From the NCBI GenBank assembly GCA_035534595.1, contig DATLRR010000017.1, positions 24,172 to 88,171 of the forward strand: a stretch of 64,000 nucleotides of DNA, read 5' to 3'. The first letter of the stretch is position 1, and the number at the start of each line of letters is the position of its first letter. A model generated the notes under the pieces. It was given only the letters and a program-made list of their open reading frames with translations. It made no database searches and was not told the DNA's origin. Both the position numbers and the translations under genes were made by a program. The DNA is from Nitrososphaerales archaeon. GTDB taxonomy: Archaea > Thermoproteota > Nitrososphaeria > Nitrososphaerales > Gagatemarchaeaceae. Shown in pieces: positions 43,102-52,325 of the stretch.

Positions 43102-44706
43102 TCACAGGTCCTCCCTCACGCGCAGCGACCTGCCCGCCGCTGACAGAAGATAGTCGATGATGAGGGCTGTGTAGGCAAGGGCGACGCCGAGGAGGACGAA
43201 GGTGAGGGGCAGGAGCGACGAAGAGCCGAGGGCACCCGCGACAAGTCCAGCGGCCAGCACGAGCGCCATGATCGGAGAGACGAGAAGCAGGTTGATGAAA
43301 GTCTGGTAGATGAACCTCTTCACGTCGGTCAGGTCCTGCCCTTGCGCGAGGAGCAGGTCGTCCGCGGTGCTCTGCCCGTACCTCGCAGCGAAATACATCC
43401 CTCCGGCCATCATGACGGCCGCGACCTCCAACGCCCCCGGGAGAGAGAGGCTGACTGGGAGGAGCGAGGCAGGGTCCTTCAGGTCGCCCAGGACGAGCGG
43501 TACGCCGACGGCCGCCGCGACGGGGGAGAGCAGGAGCAGGAGCGGCGTAACCCTCGCGCGATATGCCTCCTTGACGTATCGCGAAAGGTCCAGGGGCGAC
43601 GTCTTGATTATCCAGAGCCTCTCCTTCTCGAGCCACTTCGCGGCCGTCCCCGACCCGAACGAGCCGATGAGGAAGAGGATGAACAAGAAGGATGTCGGGG
43701 ACGACTGGAAGACGCCGGAGAGGGAGTAGATGACCATGAAGCCGGCGAGGAATAGCGTGTTGATCAGCATGCTCCGCGTCTCCTTGGTCCTGCTCATCAT
43801 CACCCTCTCCTTCGCCCTCACCACCGCCCACACAGATCTTCCGCTCGTCTCGAGCCTCGACGAGCCCTTGCTACCCGCCTCATCCGCGGTCGGAGAGTCC
43901 GCGTCATCCAACCTGAGCACCTCGTAGAACTGGGCGCGCGACATCCTCACCCCTAGGGCGAGGAGGCCCACGAACCACGCGCCCAAGGCGACCAGGCTGA
44001 GCCCGGTCGCGGCCGTCCATCGCGCTCCAGTCAAGATGTCGAAGCTCATCTTGGCGGCCAGCCCATTCGGGAGGACCTCGACGACCTCTCCCAGGATTGG
44101 AGGAGCGCCGGGGATCAGGAGCGCGACCGGGACGAGGCTGACCACGATCACCGCCGCCATCAGGCCGTTCCTGAAGAGCCTGAGCCTGGGAGCTAGCCTC
44201 GAGTTGAGGGAGAGGGTGATGTCGGCGCTGAGGAAGAGGCCCATGACGAAGAACGCGAGAGTCACCATCCCTGCCAGGATGGCCGAGGCGTCTGATGTCC
44301 CGAACGACTCGGCGAACCGGAGATACAGGACCAGGATCGGCGGGAAAGACAGGAGCACGGTCGTCACTGAGTTCATCAGCACCTTCGCGGCGAAGACCTC
44401 GCGCGGTCTCACGGGAGACGTGAAGACGTAGTCGACGTCGGCAGAGGAGACCGGGAGGCCGCTCCCGTTGAACCCGCTCTGGATGAGCCCGACCAGGAAG
44501 AGAGCGAAGAGCAGGCTCAAGCTTGCGTCGGAGATGCCCCCGCCCAGGTTGAACCTCGATGAGAAGGAGAGGAAGGTTCCCCCCACGAAGAGGACGAAGA
44601 CGACCCCGAAGGACTCCCCGACGAGTATCCATGCGGCCATGGCCCGGGTGAAGCGGCCTTTCATCCAGTATCTGACGAGGGTCGCTACGGCGCTCCAGCT
44701 GTTCAA
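43102..44706 (-). CDS. ABC exporter permease-like polytopic membrane protein
   Basis: 534 aa with more than 10 hydrophobic helices, directly downstream of the ABC ATPase in the PadR operon. Confidence 0.75.
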   Translation of the reverse strand: MNSWSAVATLVRYWMKGRFTRAMAAWILVGESFGVVFVLFVGGTFLSFSSRFNLGGGISDASLSLLFALFLVGLIQSGFNGSGLPVSSADVDYVFTSPVRPREVFAAKVLMNSVTTVLLSFPPILVLYLRFAESFGTSDASAILAGMVTLAFFVMGLFLSADITLSLNSRLAPRLRLFRNGLMAAVIVVSLVPVALLIPGAPPILGEVVEVLPNGLAAKMSFDILTGARWTAATGLSLVALGAWFVGLLALGVRMSRAQFYEVLRLDDADSPTADEAGSKGSSRLETSGRSVWAVVRAKERVMMSRTKETRSMLINTLFLAGFMVIYSLSGVFQSSPTSFLFILFLIGSFGSGTAAKWLEKERLWIIKTSPLDLSRYVKEAYRARVTPLLLLLSPVAAAVGVPLVLGDLKDPASLLPVSLSLPGALEVAAVMMAGGMYFAARYGQSTADDLLLAQGQDLTDVKRFIYQTFINLLLVSPIMALVLAAGLVAGALGSSSLLPLTFVLLGVALAYTALIIDYLLSAAGRSLRVREDL

Positions 44707-44735
44707 GGGAGGTCAGCTCTCCATGCGTCTTGCTG

Positions 44736-45482
44736 CTACGCAGGCTCGGCGGTGAGCTTGAGGAAGACCTCGTCGAGCCTCGCGTCCTTTCCTGCGTCGG
44801 CCATCCGGCGGAGGCTGTCGAGCGCTCCGAGCGCTATTATGCTGCCTTTGTCGATTATCGCTATCCTTGTGGCGTGGTCCTGGGCGATCTCCAGGTTGTG
44901 CGTCGAAAGGAGCACCGTCGTCCCCTTCTTGCCCTGGGCAGCGATCCAGCTGTTGACGAAGACCTGGGTCTTCGGGTCGAGCGCGGTGAGCGGCTCGTCC
45001 AACACCAGCACCTTCGGGTCGTGCAGCGTCGCTGCGATGAGGGCGACCTTCTGCTTCATCCCCTTGGAGAGCGCGCTCAGCATGGCGTCCGCCTTCTCCT
45101 CTAGCGAGAAGGTCATCAGCGCCTCCGAGATCTTGTCCCTCAGCGCGCCGTCTGGCACGTCCCTGATCTTCCCCATGAACCTTAGGAACTCGCTGACCGT
45201 CAGCCCCGTGTAGAGCGACGGGTTCTCCGGCAGGTATCCGACGTTCCTCTTGGCGGCCTCGGGTTCCTTAGCGACGTCGCTCCCCCCCACCTTCACGTAG
45301 CCCGCCGTAGGGCGCAGGATTCCGACGACTATCTTCATGAGGGTGCTCTTCCCCGCGCCGTTCGGCCCGAGGAGGCCTAGGATCTCCCCCGCGCCGACCT
45401 CGAGCGAGACGTCGTTCAGCGCGACGACCTTGCCGTAGGTCTTGGTGAGGTTGGCGATCTCTATCTCGTTGTCTGGCAACAT
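44736..45482 (-). CDS. ABC transporter ATP-binding protein
   Basis: GPNGAGKST, LSKGMKQKV, VLVLDEP. ATG 45482. Confidence 0.9.
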   Translation of the reverse strand: MLPDNEIEIANLTKTYGKVVALNDVSLEVGAGEILGLLGPNGAGKSTLMKIVVGILRPTAGYVKVGGSDVAKEPEAAKRNVGYLPENPSLYTGLTVSEFLRFMGKIRDVPDGALRDKISEALMTFSLEEKADAMLSALSKGMKQKVALIAATLHDPKVLVLDEPLTALDPKTQVFVNSWIAAQGKKGTTVLLSTHNLEIAQDHATRIAIIDKGSIIALGALDSLRRMADAGKDARLDEVFLKLTAEPA

Positions 45483-45538
45483 CCCGGTCTCCCTAGTGAA
45501 GAGGGCGAGCCGCGCGGGCATCGCGTGTCAACGGCGGG

Positions 45539-45904
45539 TCACTTTCTTGCTGAGCGCCGGGTCTTCGGAGAGGGCGGCTGGACCTGCCTCAGCTCGTTGA
45601 AGATGTCCCCGTAGGCCCTCTCGAAGTACTCCATCGACCTTTCCAGGGCAGCCCTCCCCTCGTTCGTGAGCTCATAGACGGAGTTTCGCCCCTGCTGGTT
45701 CGCCACGATCAGTCGACGGGCGGCCAGGTCCTTGAGCGCCGGGTATATCGTCCCGGGGTTGGGCTTGTCCCCCCTGCGGTTCCCTATCTCTGTGGCGAGC
45801 TCCTGCCCGTACATCGACCGCCTCGAAAGCAGCCACAGAATGGTGAATGAGAGCATGCCGCGCATGTCGCACATCTCCTCTCCTCCGTCTTCCTTTCCCT
45901 TCAT
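45539..45904 (-). CDS. PadR-family transcriptional regulator
   Basis: FTILWLLSRRSMYGQELATEI...GTIYPALKDLAARRLI. ATG 45904, with TTG 45925 as an alternative. Confidence 0.8.
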   Translation of the reverse strand: MKGKEDGGEEMCDMRGMLSFTILWLLSRRSMYGQELATEIGNRRGDKPNPGTIYPALKDLAARRLIVANQQGRNSVYELTNEGRAALERSMEYFERAYGDIFNELRQVQPPSPKTRRSARK

Positions 45905-46077
45905 CTCTTTTGCCTTTGGCGACAACTCCGCTCCGCAATAATAAGCCTATGGGGTGACCAATACCACCATCTTTATATTGGACGTCCCATAGTATCTCTT
46001 CAGGGGAATTCGGATGGCTGTCTTCTCTTCCGACTTGGGTTCGAGGGCTGGGCCACAGCGTATAGAGGCGGGAGGTC

Positions 46078-47184
46078 TTGGGCTTGTCTAGTCCGTTGGG
46101 GGGCGTCAGCCTGGGCACGGTCATCAGCTCCGCCTACTACGTCGTCATCTTCGTCTTCATATTCTACGGCGGGAGGATCCAGTCTCGCCTCTCGGTCAAC
46201 AGCATTGGTAAGGCGCTCGGCCGCCTCGAGTCGATGAGGGACAAGGCGAGGAGCGACGTCGTGGACTACTTCAAACAGAAGGGCTCACAGACGGGAGACC
46301 TCGGCGAGAAGGTAGACCGCTTCCTCGACTACGTCACGATCATGCCGGTGGACATGGACCCGGCCGGTATCATCGGGAAGATTGAGCACATCGCCGAGAC
46401 CAGCGACGACAGGGCGAGGGCAGAGATCAAGGGCATCATCGGAGGCGCCGACGCGGTCTCCCTTTCCGTGGCGCAGAACATGCTGGAACTGGCGAGCGGC
46501 CTGAACACCATCACCAAGGTGGTGAGGCACTACTACCTGCTCGGCAAGAAGACCAGCTCGATGGCGCTCCTGCAGCTGCAGATGAGCCTCCCGCAGATAA
46601 TGGAGCAGGCCACCGCCATGTCGAAGGCGATGGACTCCGTCAAGACGGGAATGCCCATCGGCGACGGGGTGGGGCCTCTCGTCGCATCCAAGTTCCTCGG
46701 CGACGCGCCCAAGCAGGTCGTGGCCAGGGACACGGTGGTGGGCGCGACCGCTTTCGAGGGCCGGACGCTGTATGTGCTCAAGGCGGAGGGGCCGATGGGA
46801 TACGTCGGCCAGCCTGGCCTCGGGATCAGGCGCCTCGTAGAGGAGATGAAGGTGCCCCTAAAGGCGATAATCATGGTCGACGCGGCGGCCAAGCTGGAAG
46901 GCGAAGAGACGGGTGAGGTGGCGGAAGGGGTCGGCGCCGCCATCGGGGGCCTGGGCGTGGAGAAGTTCCAGATAGAGGAGGTCGCGACGAAGCACAACAT
47001 CCCGGTCTACGCCGTCCTGGTGAAGGAGGGCGACCTCGATGTGATGGCCACCATGAAGAAGGAGATAGCCGAAGGCGCGGAGAAGGCCGTGAGCCTTGTG
47101 AAGAGGATAATCCAGGAGAGGACGAAGGACGGCGAGGCTGTCCTCCTGGCTGGGATCGGGAACACCCTGGGTGTCGGGCAGTAG
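46078..47184 (+). CDS. archaeal DUF1512-like protein (N-terminal TM anchor, about 368 aa)
   Basis: Size and architecture fit. The family assignment is from memory only. Confidence 0.6.
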   Translation: MGLSSPLGGVSLGTVISSAYYVVIFVFIFYGGRIQSRLSVNSIGKALGRLESMRDKARSDVVDYFKQKGSQTGDLGEKVDRFLDYVTIMPVDMDPAGIIGKIEHIAETSDDRARAEIKGIIGGADAVSLSVAQNMLELASGLNTITKVVRHYYLLGKKTSSMALLQLQMSLPQIMEQATAMSKAMDSVKTGMPIGDGVGPLVASKFLGDAPKQVVARDTVVGATAFEGRTLYVLKAEGPMGYVGQPGLGIRRLVEEMKVPLKAIIMVDAAAKLEGEETGEVAEGVGAAIGGLGVEKFQIEEVATKHNIPVYAVLVKEGDLDVMATMKKEIAEGAEKAVSLVKRIIQERTKDGEAVLLAGIGNTLGVGQ

Positions 47185-47194
47185 CCGAGGCGAG

Positions 47195-48178
47195 ATGGGA
47201 AACATGGACTCGAAGCTCTCAGCCCGCGCGGCGGCGCGGTTCGTGATGCACGAAGGCATGACGCTGGGTGCGCCCACACTACGAGTGAGGCACCTAGGGC
47301 CGATGCTCGACTTCTACGTGGGCAGCTTGGGTCTGCACGCGAGGAAAGTGGAGGAGGGCGCGTCAGGCCTCAAGGCGGTCGAGCTGCGACCCACCGGCGC
47401 CCCCGGCCAGACGCTCCTGACGCTCACAGAGGACCCGAAAGCAAGGCAGGCCCCGAGCGACTCCGCGGGTCTCTATCACTACGCGGCCCTCGTCCCGGAC
47501 AGAAGGAGCCTCGCCTCGACCCTCGTGGCGATCGGGAGCTCCGGCGTGGCCTACGAAGGGTTCGCCGACCACCAGGTGAGCGAGTCCCTCTACCTCCATG
47601 ATGTCGAGAGGAACGGGATCGAGATCTACGCCGACAGGCCGAGAAGCGCCTGGTCGGACTGGAGGAAGATATCGGAGCGCATTGCGGCCACGGGAGACCT
47701 GTCGCTCATGGCCCCCATGAGCCAACCCCTGGACGTCGAGTCCCTCGTCAGGGAGCTCGGGGAAAACGGCGCTCGGGAGAAGCCGACGGCCTTCCCCACG
47801 GGAGCGCGGATCGGGCACGTCCACCTCAGAGTGACCGACCTCGAGAGGTCTGTGAAGTTCTACCACGAGACGCTCGGGTTGGAGGTGATGATGCACGTCC
47901 CACAGATGGGCGCCGCCTTCCTCTCCGCGGGCGGCTACCACCATCACATCGGGCTCAACACATGGCACAGCCTCGGCGGGACGCCGCACGAGGACGGCGA
48001 CGCGGGACTGGACGAGTTCAGGATCATAGTCCCTGAGAGAGCCGTCCTCGACGAAGTGGCTCGCCGGGTCCCGGGCACCGGCGGCGATGACGGGTCTTTG
48101 GCGATAAGTGACCCGGACGGCATCCGCGTCACCATCGTCCCCCAGACGGCCGGGCCCCGATACCGAGGGCACCGCTGA
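47195..48178 (+). CDS. two-domain VOC (glyoxalase / extradiol dioxygenase-like) protein
   Basis: LRVRHLGPMLDFYVGSLGL... and IGHVHLRVTDLERSVKFYHETLGLEV...GGYHHHIGLNTW. Confidence 0.8.
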   Translation: MGNMDSKLSARAAARFVMHEGMTLGAPTLRVRHLGPMLDFYVGSLGLHARKVEEGASGLKAVELRPTGAPGQTLLTLTEDPKARQAPSDSAGLYHYAALVPDRRSLASTLVAIGSSGVAYEGFADHQVSESLYLHDVERNGIEIYADRPRSAWSDWRKISERIAATGDLSLMAPMSQPLDVESLVRELGENGAREKPTAFPTGARIGHVHLRVTDLERSVKFYHETLGLEVMMHVPQMGAAFLSAGGYHHHIGLNTWHSLGGTPHEDGDAGLDEFRIIVPERAVLDEVARRVPGTGGDDGSLAISDPDGIRVTIVPQTAGPRYRGHR

Positions 48179-48223
48179 TCCGCCTCGTGGCCCTTATAGG
48201 GTGCGGGCTGGGCCTTTGACGAA

Positions 48224-49081
48224 ATGCCGAGCATAGACGTCGACGGCGTCTCGCTGTACTACGAGCTCGCCGGAAAGGGAGAGCCGGTCTTGTTCTCCCA
48301 CGGGATCCCCACCGACTACCGCGCCTGGAGCGCGCAGGTCGGGGAGTTCTCCAAGAGCTATTCGACCGTAACCTACAGCAGGCGATACGCTGCCCCGAAC
48401 CAAAGGGACGGAGACGTCAGCGACAGCACCGTGGAGGCGAACGCGGCCGACCTGAAGGGCCTTATCGAGAAGCTCGGGATCGCCCCCGTCCACCTGGTGG
48501 GGCACTCCTACGGAGGATTCGTCGCCGCGTACCTCGCGGCCGACCGCCCAGGCCTCGTGCGCTCCCTCGTCCTCGTGGAGCCCGCCATCGCAACGCTGCT
48601 CGTGGAGGACCCGAACAGCTCGGGGCAGATGTTCGCGCTGCTGATAGGCAACCCGGGGGTGGCGCTGTCCGCGCGGCGCTTCCAGTCTGGCTCCCTCGTG
48701 CCCTCCCTAAAGGCGCTCGACTCGGGCCAGGCCAAGAAGGCCGTCCAGCTCAACGTCGACGGGGTCCAGAACAAGGTGGGGGCCTTCGCCGAGCTTCCCG
48801 ACTCCGCGAAGGAGATGATGCTTGACAACGCGAGGACGATCGCGGAGCTCAGGACCAGGCTACCTCCGTTCAAGGCGCAGGCGCGAAAGATCTCCTGCCG
48901 GACGCTCGTCATCAACGGCCAACAGAGCGCGGTGTGGCTCCAGCGCATCGGCGAGCTCGTCGCCAAGTCCGTCCCGCGTTGCGAGGCCTTGACGGTAGCA
49001 GGTTCGAGGCACTTCCCCCACATGGAGAACCCGTCCGAGTTCAACTCGAACGCCCTCAAGTTCATCTCCAAGCGCGACTAG
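48224..49081 (+). CDS. alpha/beta-fold hydrolase
   Basis: VLFSHGIP... and the nucleophile elbow VGHSYGG. Confidence 0.85.
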   Translation: MPSIDVDGVSLYYELAGKGEPVLFSHGIPTDYRAWSAQVGEFSKSYSTVTYSRRYAAPNQRDGDVSDSTVEANAADLKGLIEKLGIAPVHLVGHSYGGFVAAYLAADRPGLVRSLVLVEPAIATLLVEDPNSSGQMFALLIGNPGVALSARRFQSGSLVPSLKALDSGQAKKAVQLNVDGVQNKVGAFAELPDSAKEMMLDNARTIAELRTRLPPFKAQARKISCRTLVINGQQSAVWLQRIGELVAKSVPRCEALTVAGSRHFPHMENPSEFNSNALKFISKRD

Positions 49082-49154
49082 ACGGGCCCCAGCCGCGGTC
49101 GAACGACTGACGCACCGCCACAGCTTATATCGGCTCGGCCTCGAAGCCTTCTCC

Positions 49155-49763
49155 TTGGCCCTTGACACGCGGAGGGCGATCCTCACCCTCCCGATCGCGT
49201 ACGTCGTCTGGTTCTTCGCCTTCCAGGTCCCTGTCCTCAACTTCTGGCTGAGGATAACCATCGCGGCCTTCATCCTGCTGGCCACCGCGCTCGCCGTGGG
49301 GAGGAAGGAGCTCTCGCTGAAGCCGACGCCCCTTGGGATAGTGATCGGGGTCGTCTCCGCCGTGCTCCTCTACCTCTTCTTCTGGTCAGGGTATCAGGTG
49401 CTCAGCGGCTTTCCCCAGTTCACGGGGACGATCTCCTCGGTCTACTCGCTGAAGGGGGCCGAGCCGACCTCCTTCATCGCGACAGTCCTCCTCTTCCCCA
49501 TAGGCCCCACCGAGGAGATCTACTGGAGGGGCTTCATCCAGAACGCCCTGGCCAAGAGGCTCTCCACCCGGAACTCGATAGTCCTCACCTCGGCGATCTA
49601 CGGCAGCATCCACATCCCCACGCTAAACCCTTCTCTCATCTTCGTGGCCTTCATCGGAGGGCTGGTATGGGGTTACGTCTACCACAGGTGGGGGCTTGCG
49701 GCCTCTATTGTCTCGCACGTCTTGTGGGACGAGATGATCTTCGTCTTCTTCGTGATCGGATAG
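49155..49763 (+). CDS. CPBP-family intramembrane glutamic endopeptidase (CAAX/Abi)
   Basis: PTEEIYWRGFI, SAIYGSIH and HVLWDE motifs. Confidence 0.8.
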   Translation: MALDTRRAILTLPIAYVVWFFAFQVPVLNFWLRITIAAFILLATALAVGRKELSLKPTPLGIVIGVVSAVLLYLFFWSGYQVLSGFPQFTGTISSVYSLKGAEPTSFIATVLLFPIGPTEEIYWRGFIQNALAKRLSTRNSIVLTSAIYGSIHIPTLNPSLIFVAFIGGLVWGYVYHRWGLAASIVSHVLWDEMIFVFFVIG

Positions 49764-49774
49764 CCGAGGACTCG

Positions 49775-50701
49775 CTAACCCAGCAAGAGCCCGATCGCGA
49801 GAAGAAGCGTGAAGGCTAGGGTGTGCGAGAACGTCCTCATCGTCCTCGTCGCAAAGACTTGGGGCGGAGGCTGTCCATCCGGGACGCGCCCCCTCGACCA
49901 AAGAAGGAGCGGGACCGCCGCGACGCAAAGGAGGCCTGTGAGGGGGACCAATCCTGCCGCCACCGCTGCGATGATCATCAGATATGCCAAAGCTGCGAAC
50001 CAGAGGACGAGCGTCTGGGTCTTCTCTGCTCCCAGAACCACCGCGAGGGAGCGCTTCCCCGCCTGCCTGTAGGGCTCGAAGAAGATCAGATCGTGCATCA
50101 TGAGGACGTTCACGGTGAGCAGCCCAGTCGAGACCGATGCCGCCACCGGGATGATCGAGACCCCTCCCGTGAGGACGTAGTAGGCGCCCAGGCAGGGGAT
50201 AGGTCCGAAGCTCAGAAGGATCGACAGCTCTCCGAGGCCGAGCCCGCGATAGTCGAGCTTCAAGGGGGGCGCCGTGTAGAAGAAGCTCAGCAGGATGCCG
50301 GGGAGCGCGATCCCGATCGCGAGCCATCCGACGACCGCCGAGAGGTAGAGCCCGATGCCGACGCTGAGCGCGTAGAAGAACCCAGAGATGACGAATCCGT
50401 CCCTGACGCTGATGACCCCCCTCGTTATGGGCTTCCAGCCGGGGAACTCCTTGGGGAAGAGGCGGTCCGCCGTCGCGTCGACCCCGTTCAGCTGGTCGTA
50501 GACGTCGTCGATGCCGTTCGCCGCCAGGAGCAGGGAGACGCTCCCCAGGAGCGTCAGGGCGAAGAGGGCGGGCTCGAAGGCATGGGTCGCGTGCCATGCG
50601 AACGCGGCGCCCAGGACAACTGGGCCTATCATCACGGGCGCGAACTGGAGCCTGACGAACCTGGAAAGGACTGGCAGGAATGGTTGTCTCGAGCCCGTCA
50701 T
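49775..50701 (-). CDS. UbiA-family aromatic prenyltransferase (MenA/UbiA-like)
   Basis: NGIDDVYDQLNGVD, polytopic. Its ATG overlaps the upstream TGA (ATGA). Confidence 0.8.
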   Translation of the reverse strand: MTGSRQPFLPVLSRFVRLQFAPVMIGPVVLGAAFAWHATHAFEPALFALTLLGSVSLLLAANGIDDVYDQLNGVDATADRLFPKEFPGWKPITRGVISVRDGFVISGFFYALSVGIGLYLSAVVGWLAIGIALPGILLSFFYTAPPLKLDYRGLGLGELSILLSFGPIPCLGAYYVLTGGVSIIPVAASVSTGLLTVNVLMMHDLIFFEPYRQAGKRSLAVVLGAEKTQTLVLWFAALAYLMIIAAVAAGLVPLTGLLCVAAVPLLLWSRGRVPDGQPPPQVFATRTMRTFSHTLAFTLLLAIGLLLG

Positions 50702-51699
50702 GCAGCCAACCGCTCACCCGGGGCCAGCGAGTCCATTGCGTAGCCGGTGTTGCCGATGGGCATTATTATCGGGAGGTCCACGCCGACCTTGACGTACTCG
50801 GAGACGCGCTGGAGCGCCTTGTCGGGGGTGCCCACGATGGTCAGGGCGTCCACGGCCTCGTCTGGGACGAGCCTGCTCGCCTCTCCCACGTCCCCCCTCT
50901 TCCACGCCTCCTTCATCGGTTTGAGGCGCTCCTCGGTCACCCCGTACTTCTCCAGGGTGTTGGGAGGAAGGACCTCGCTGAGCTGGTAGAGGAAGAAGTA
51001 GAACTTCTTCACAGTCTCTCTTGCGGTCTTCAAGTCGGGGTCCATGCTCGTCATCATGTATGAGGCCCTCTCGACCCTCCTCTTCCCCGCCGTCTCACCC
51101 TCCTTGACGAAGTTCGCCATCCGCGCCGTTGCCTCGACGGTGGCCAGGGTCGGCGAGAGGATCGCGCCGTCCGCCGACCTGCCTGCGAACCTGAGCGTCA
51201 TGGGGAAGAGCGAGGCGAGGTAGAGGGGGACCTGGTGGGTCATCTTGAAACCCAGCTCGAGGTCGTTGACCGTGAAGACGCTCCCCTTGAAGCTGACCTT
51301 CTGCCCCGACCAGATCGCCTGGAGGATCCCGACGTACTCCTTCATCCTCACGAGGGGCTTCGTCTCGGTCGCGGGGAATATCTTGTACCCGATGAGGGGA
51401 ATGGTGGGGAAGCTGCCCAGCCCTAGCCCCAGGATGGCGCGCCCCTCGGAGAGCTCCGAGAGGTTCGCGAAGGTGGTCGCGGTCGTGACGGGGTGCCTCG
51501 TGAACGTGTTGATTGCGCCCGAGGCGGCCTTGATCCGCTTGGTGGACCCGAGGATGGAGGCGAGGTAGGTGACGACGTCTCTCTGGTAGAGGCTCTCGTG
51601 TATCCAGACCGACTCGTAGCCGCTTGCCTCGCCCTTCAAGGCGAGCCTGGTCATCTCCCTAACAGGGATGACCGGGTTGAATCCCACCGCAAGTCTCAT
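50698..51699 (-). CDS. luciferase-like monooxygenase (LLM) class, probably F420-dependent oxidoreductase
   Basis: MRLAVGFNP...GYESVWIHESL...RAILGLGLG. ATG 51699 lies within track ORF 50698..51993. Confidence 0.8.
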   Translation of the reverse strand: MRLAVGFNPVIPVREMTRLALKGEASGYESVWIHESLYQRDVVTYLASILGSTKRIKAASGAINTFTRHPVTTATTFANLSELSEGRAILGLGLGSFPTIPLIGYKIFPATETKPLVRMKEYVGILQAIWSGQKVSFKGSVFTVNDLELGFKMTHQVPLYLASLFPMTLRFAGRSADGAILSPTLATVEATARMANFVKEGETAGKRRVERASYMMTSMDPDLKTARETVKKFYFFLYQLSEVLPPNTLEKYGVTEERLKPMKEAWKRGDVGEASRLVPDEAVDALTIVGTPDKALQRVSEYVKVGVDLPIIMPIGNTGYAMDSLAPGERLAA

Positions 51700-51773
51700 G
51701 AACGTATTACCACGGCGCAGTGGTATTATTAATAATGCGCGACGTGCCCGGTCGCGAGCATCCTGCCGCTCCC

Positions 51774-52199
51774 CTATATCGCGTCTAGCGCTTTCGCGTC
51801 CTCGTCGGCGACCTTCACGAAGGAGTCCTTGGCGCGACCCTTGATGAAGAAGCCCAGCGCCCCGAACTCCATCTCCGCCCAGTAGTGGATCTCCGTCCCC
51901 GAGGGGATTTGCTTCAGCTCGATCGTTATCTTGCTGCCCTTCCCGTCGCCCTCCAGCGTGTTGACCTCGAACTTGTTGTTCGCGCTGTCCCACACCATTG
52001 TGTTGACCGCCTTCAGCTTCCTTCCCATCATCTCCATCTGCTGCTCGAGCTTGACGGTGTTGCCGTCCCTGCTGATTATCTTGACGTCCTTCACAAAGTC
52101 CGGGTGTATCTTCGGAAGGTTCTCTGGGTGCGAGTAGTAGTCGATCGCCTTGCTGATCGGGGCCTTCGTCTGTTTGACCACGTCGTATTTGGTGGGCAT
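51774..52199 (-). CDS. SRPBCC-family protein
   Basis: 141 aa with a START-like pattern. TATA-like TTATATAT lies about 24 nt upstream of the ATG. Confidence 0.65.
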   Translation of the reverse strand: MPTKYDVVKQTKAPISKAIDYYSHPENLPKIHPDFVKDVKIISRDGNTVKLEQQMEMMGRKLKAVNTMVWDSANNKFEVNTLEGDGKGSKITIELKQIPSGTEIHYWAEMEFGALGFFIKGRAKDSFVKVADEDAKALDAI

Positions 52200-52325
52200 A
52201 GGTCTCGCCGTCCGTTCGCGATATATAACGAGTTGGCCGAGCGCTTTCTAGCGGGCGGACGCCGACGCAGTCCTCCGTCTAACATTAATAATCTCTCACG
52301 GAGACCGTCGCCCGCTTAGTAGAAC

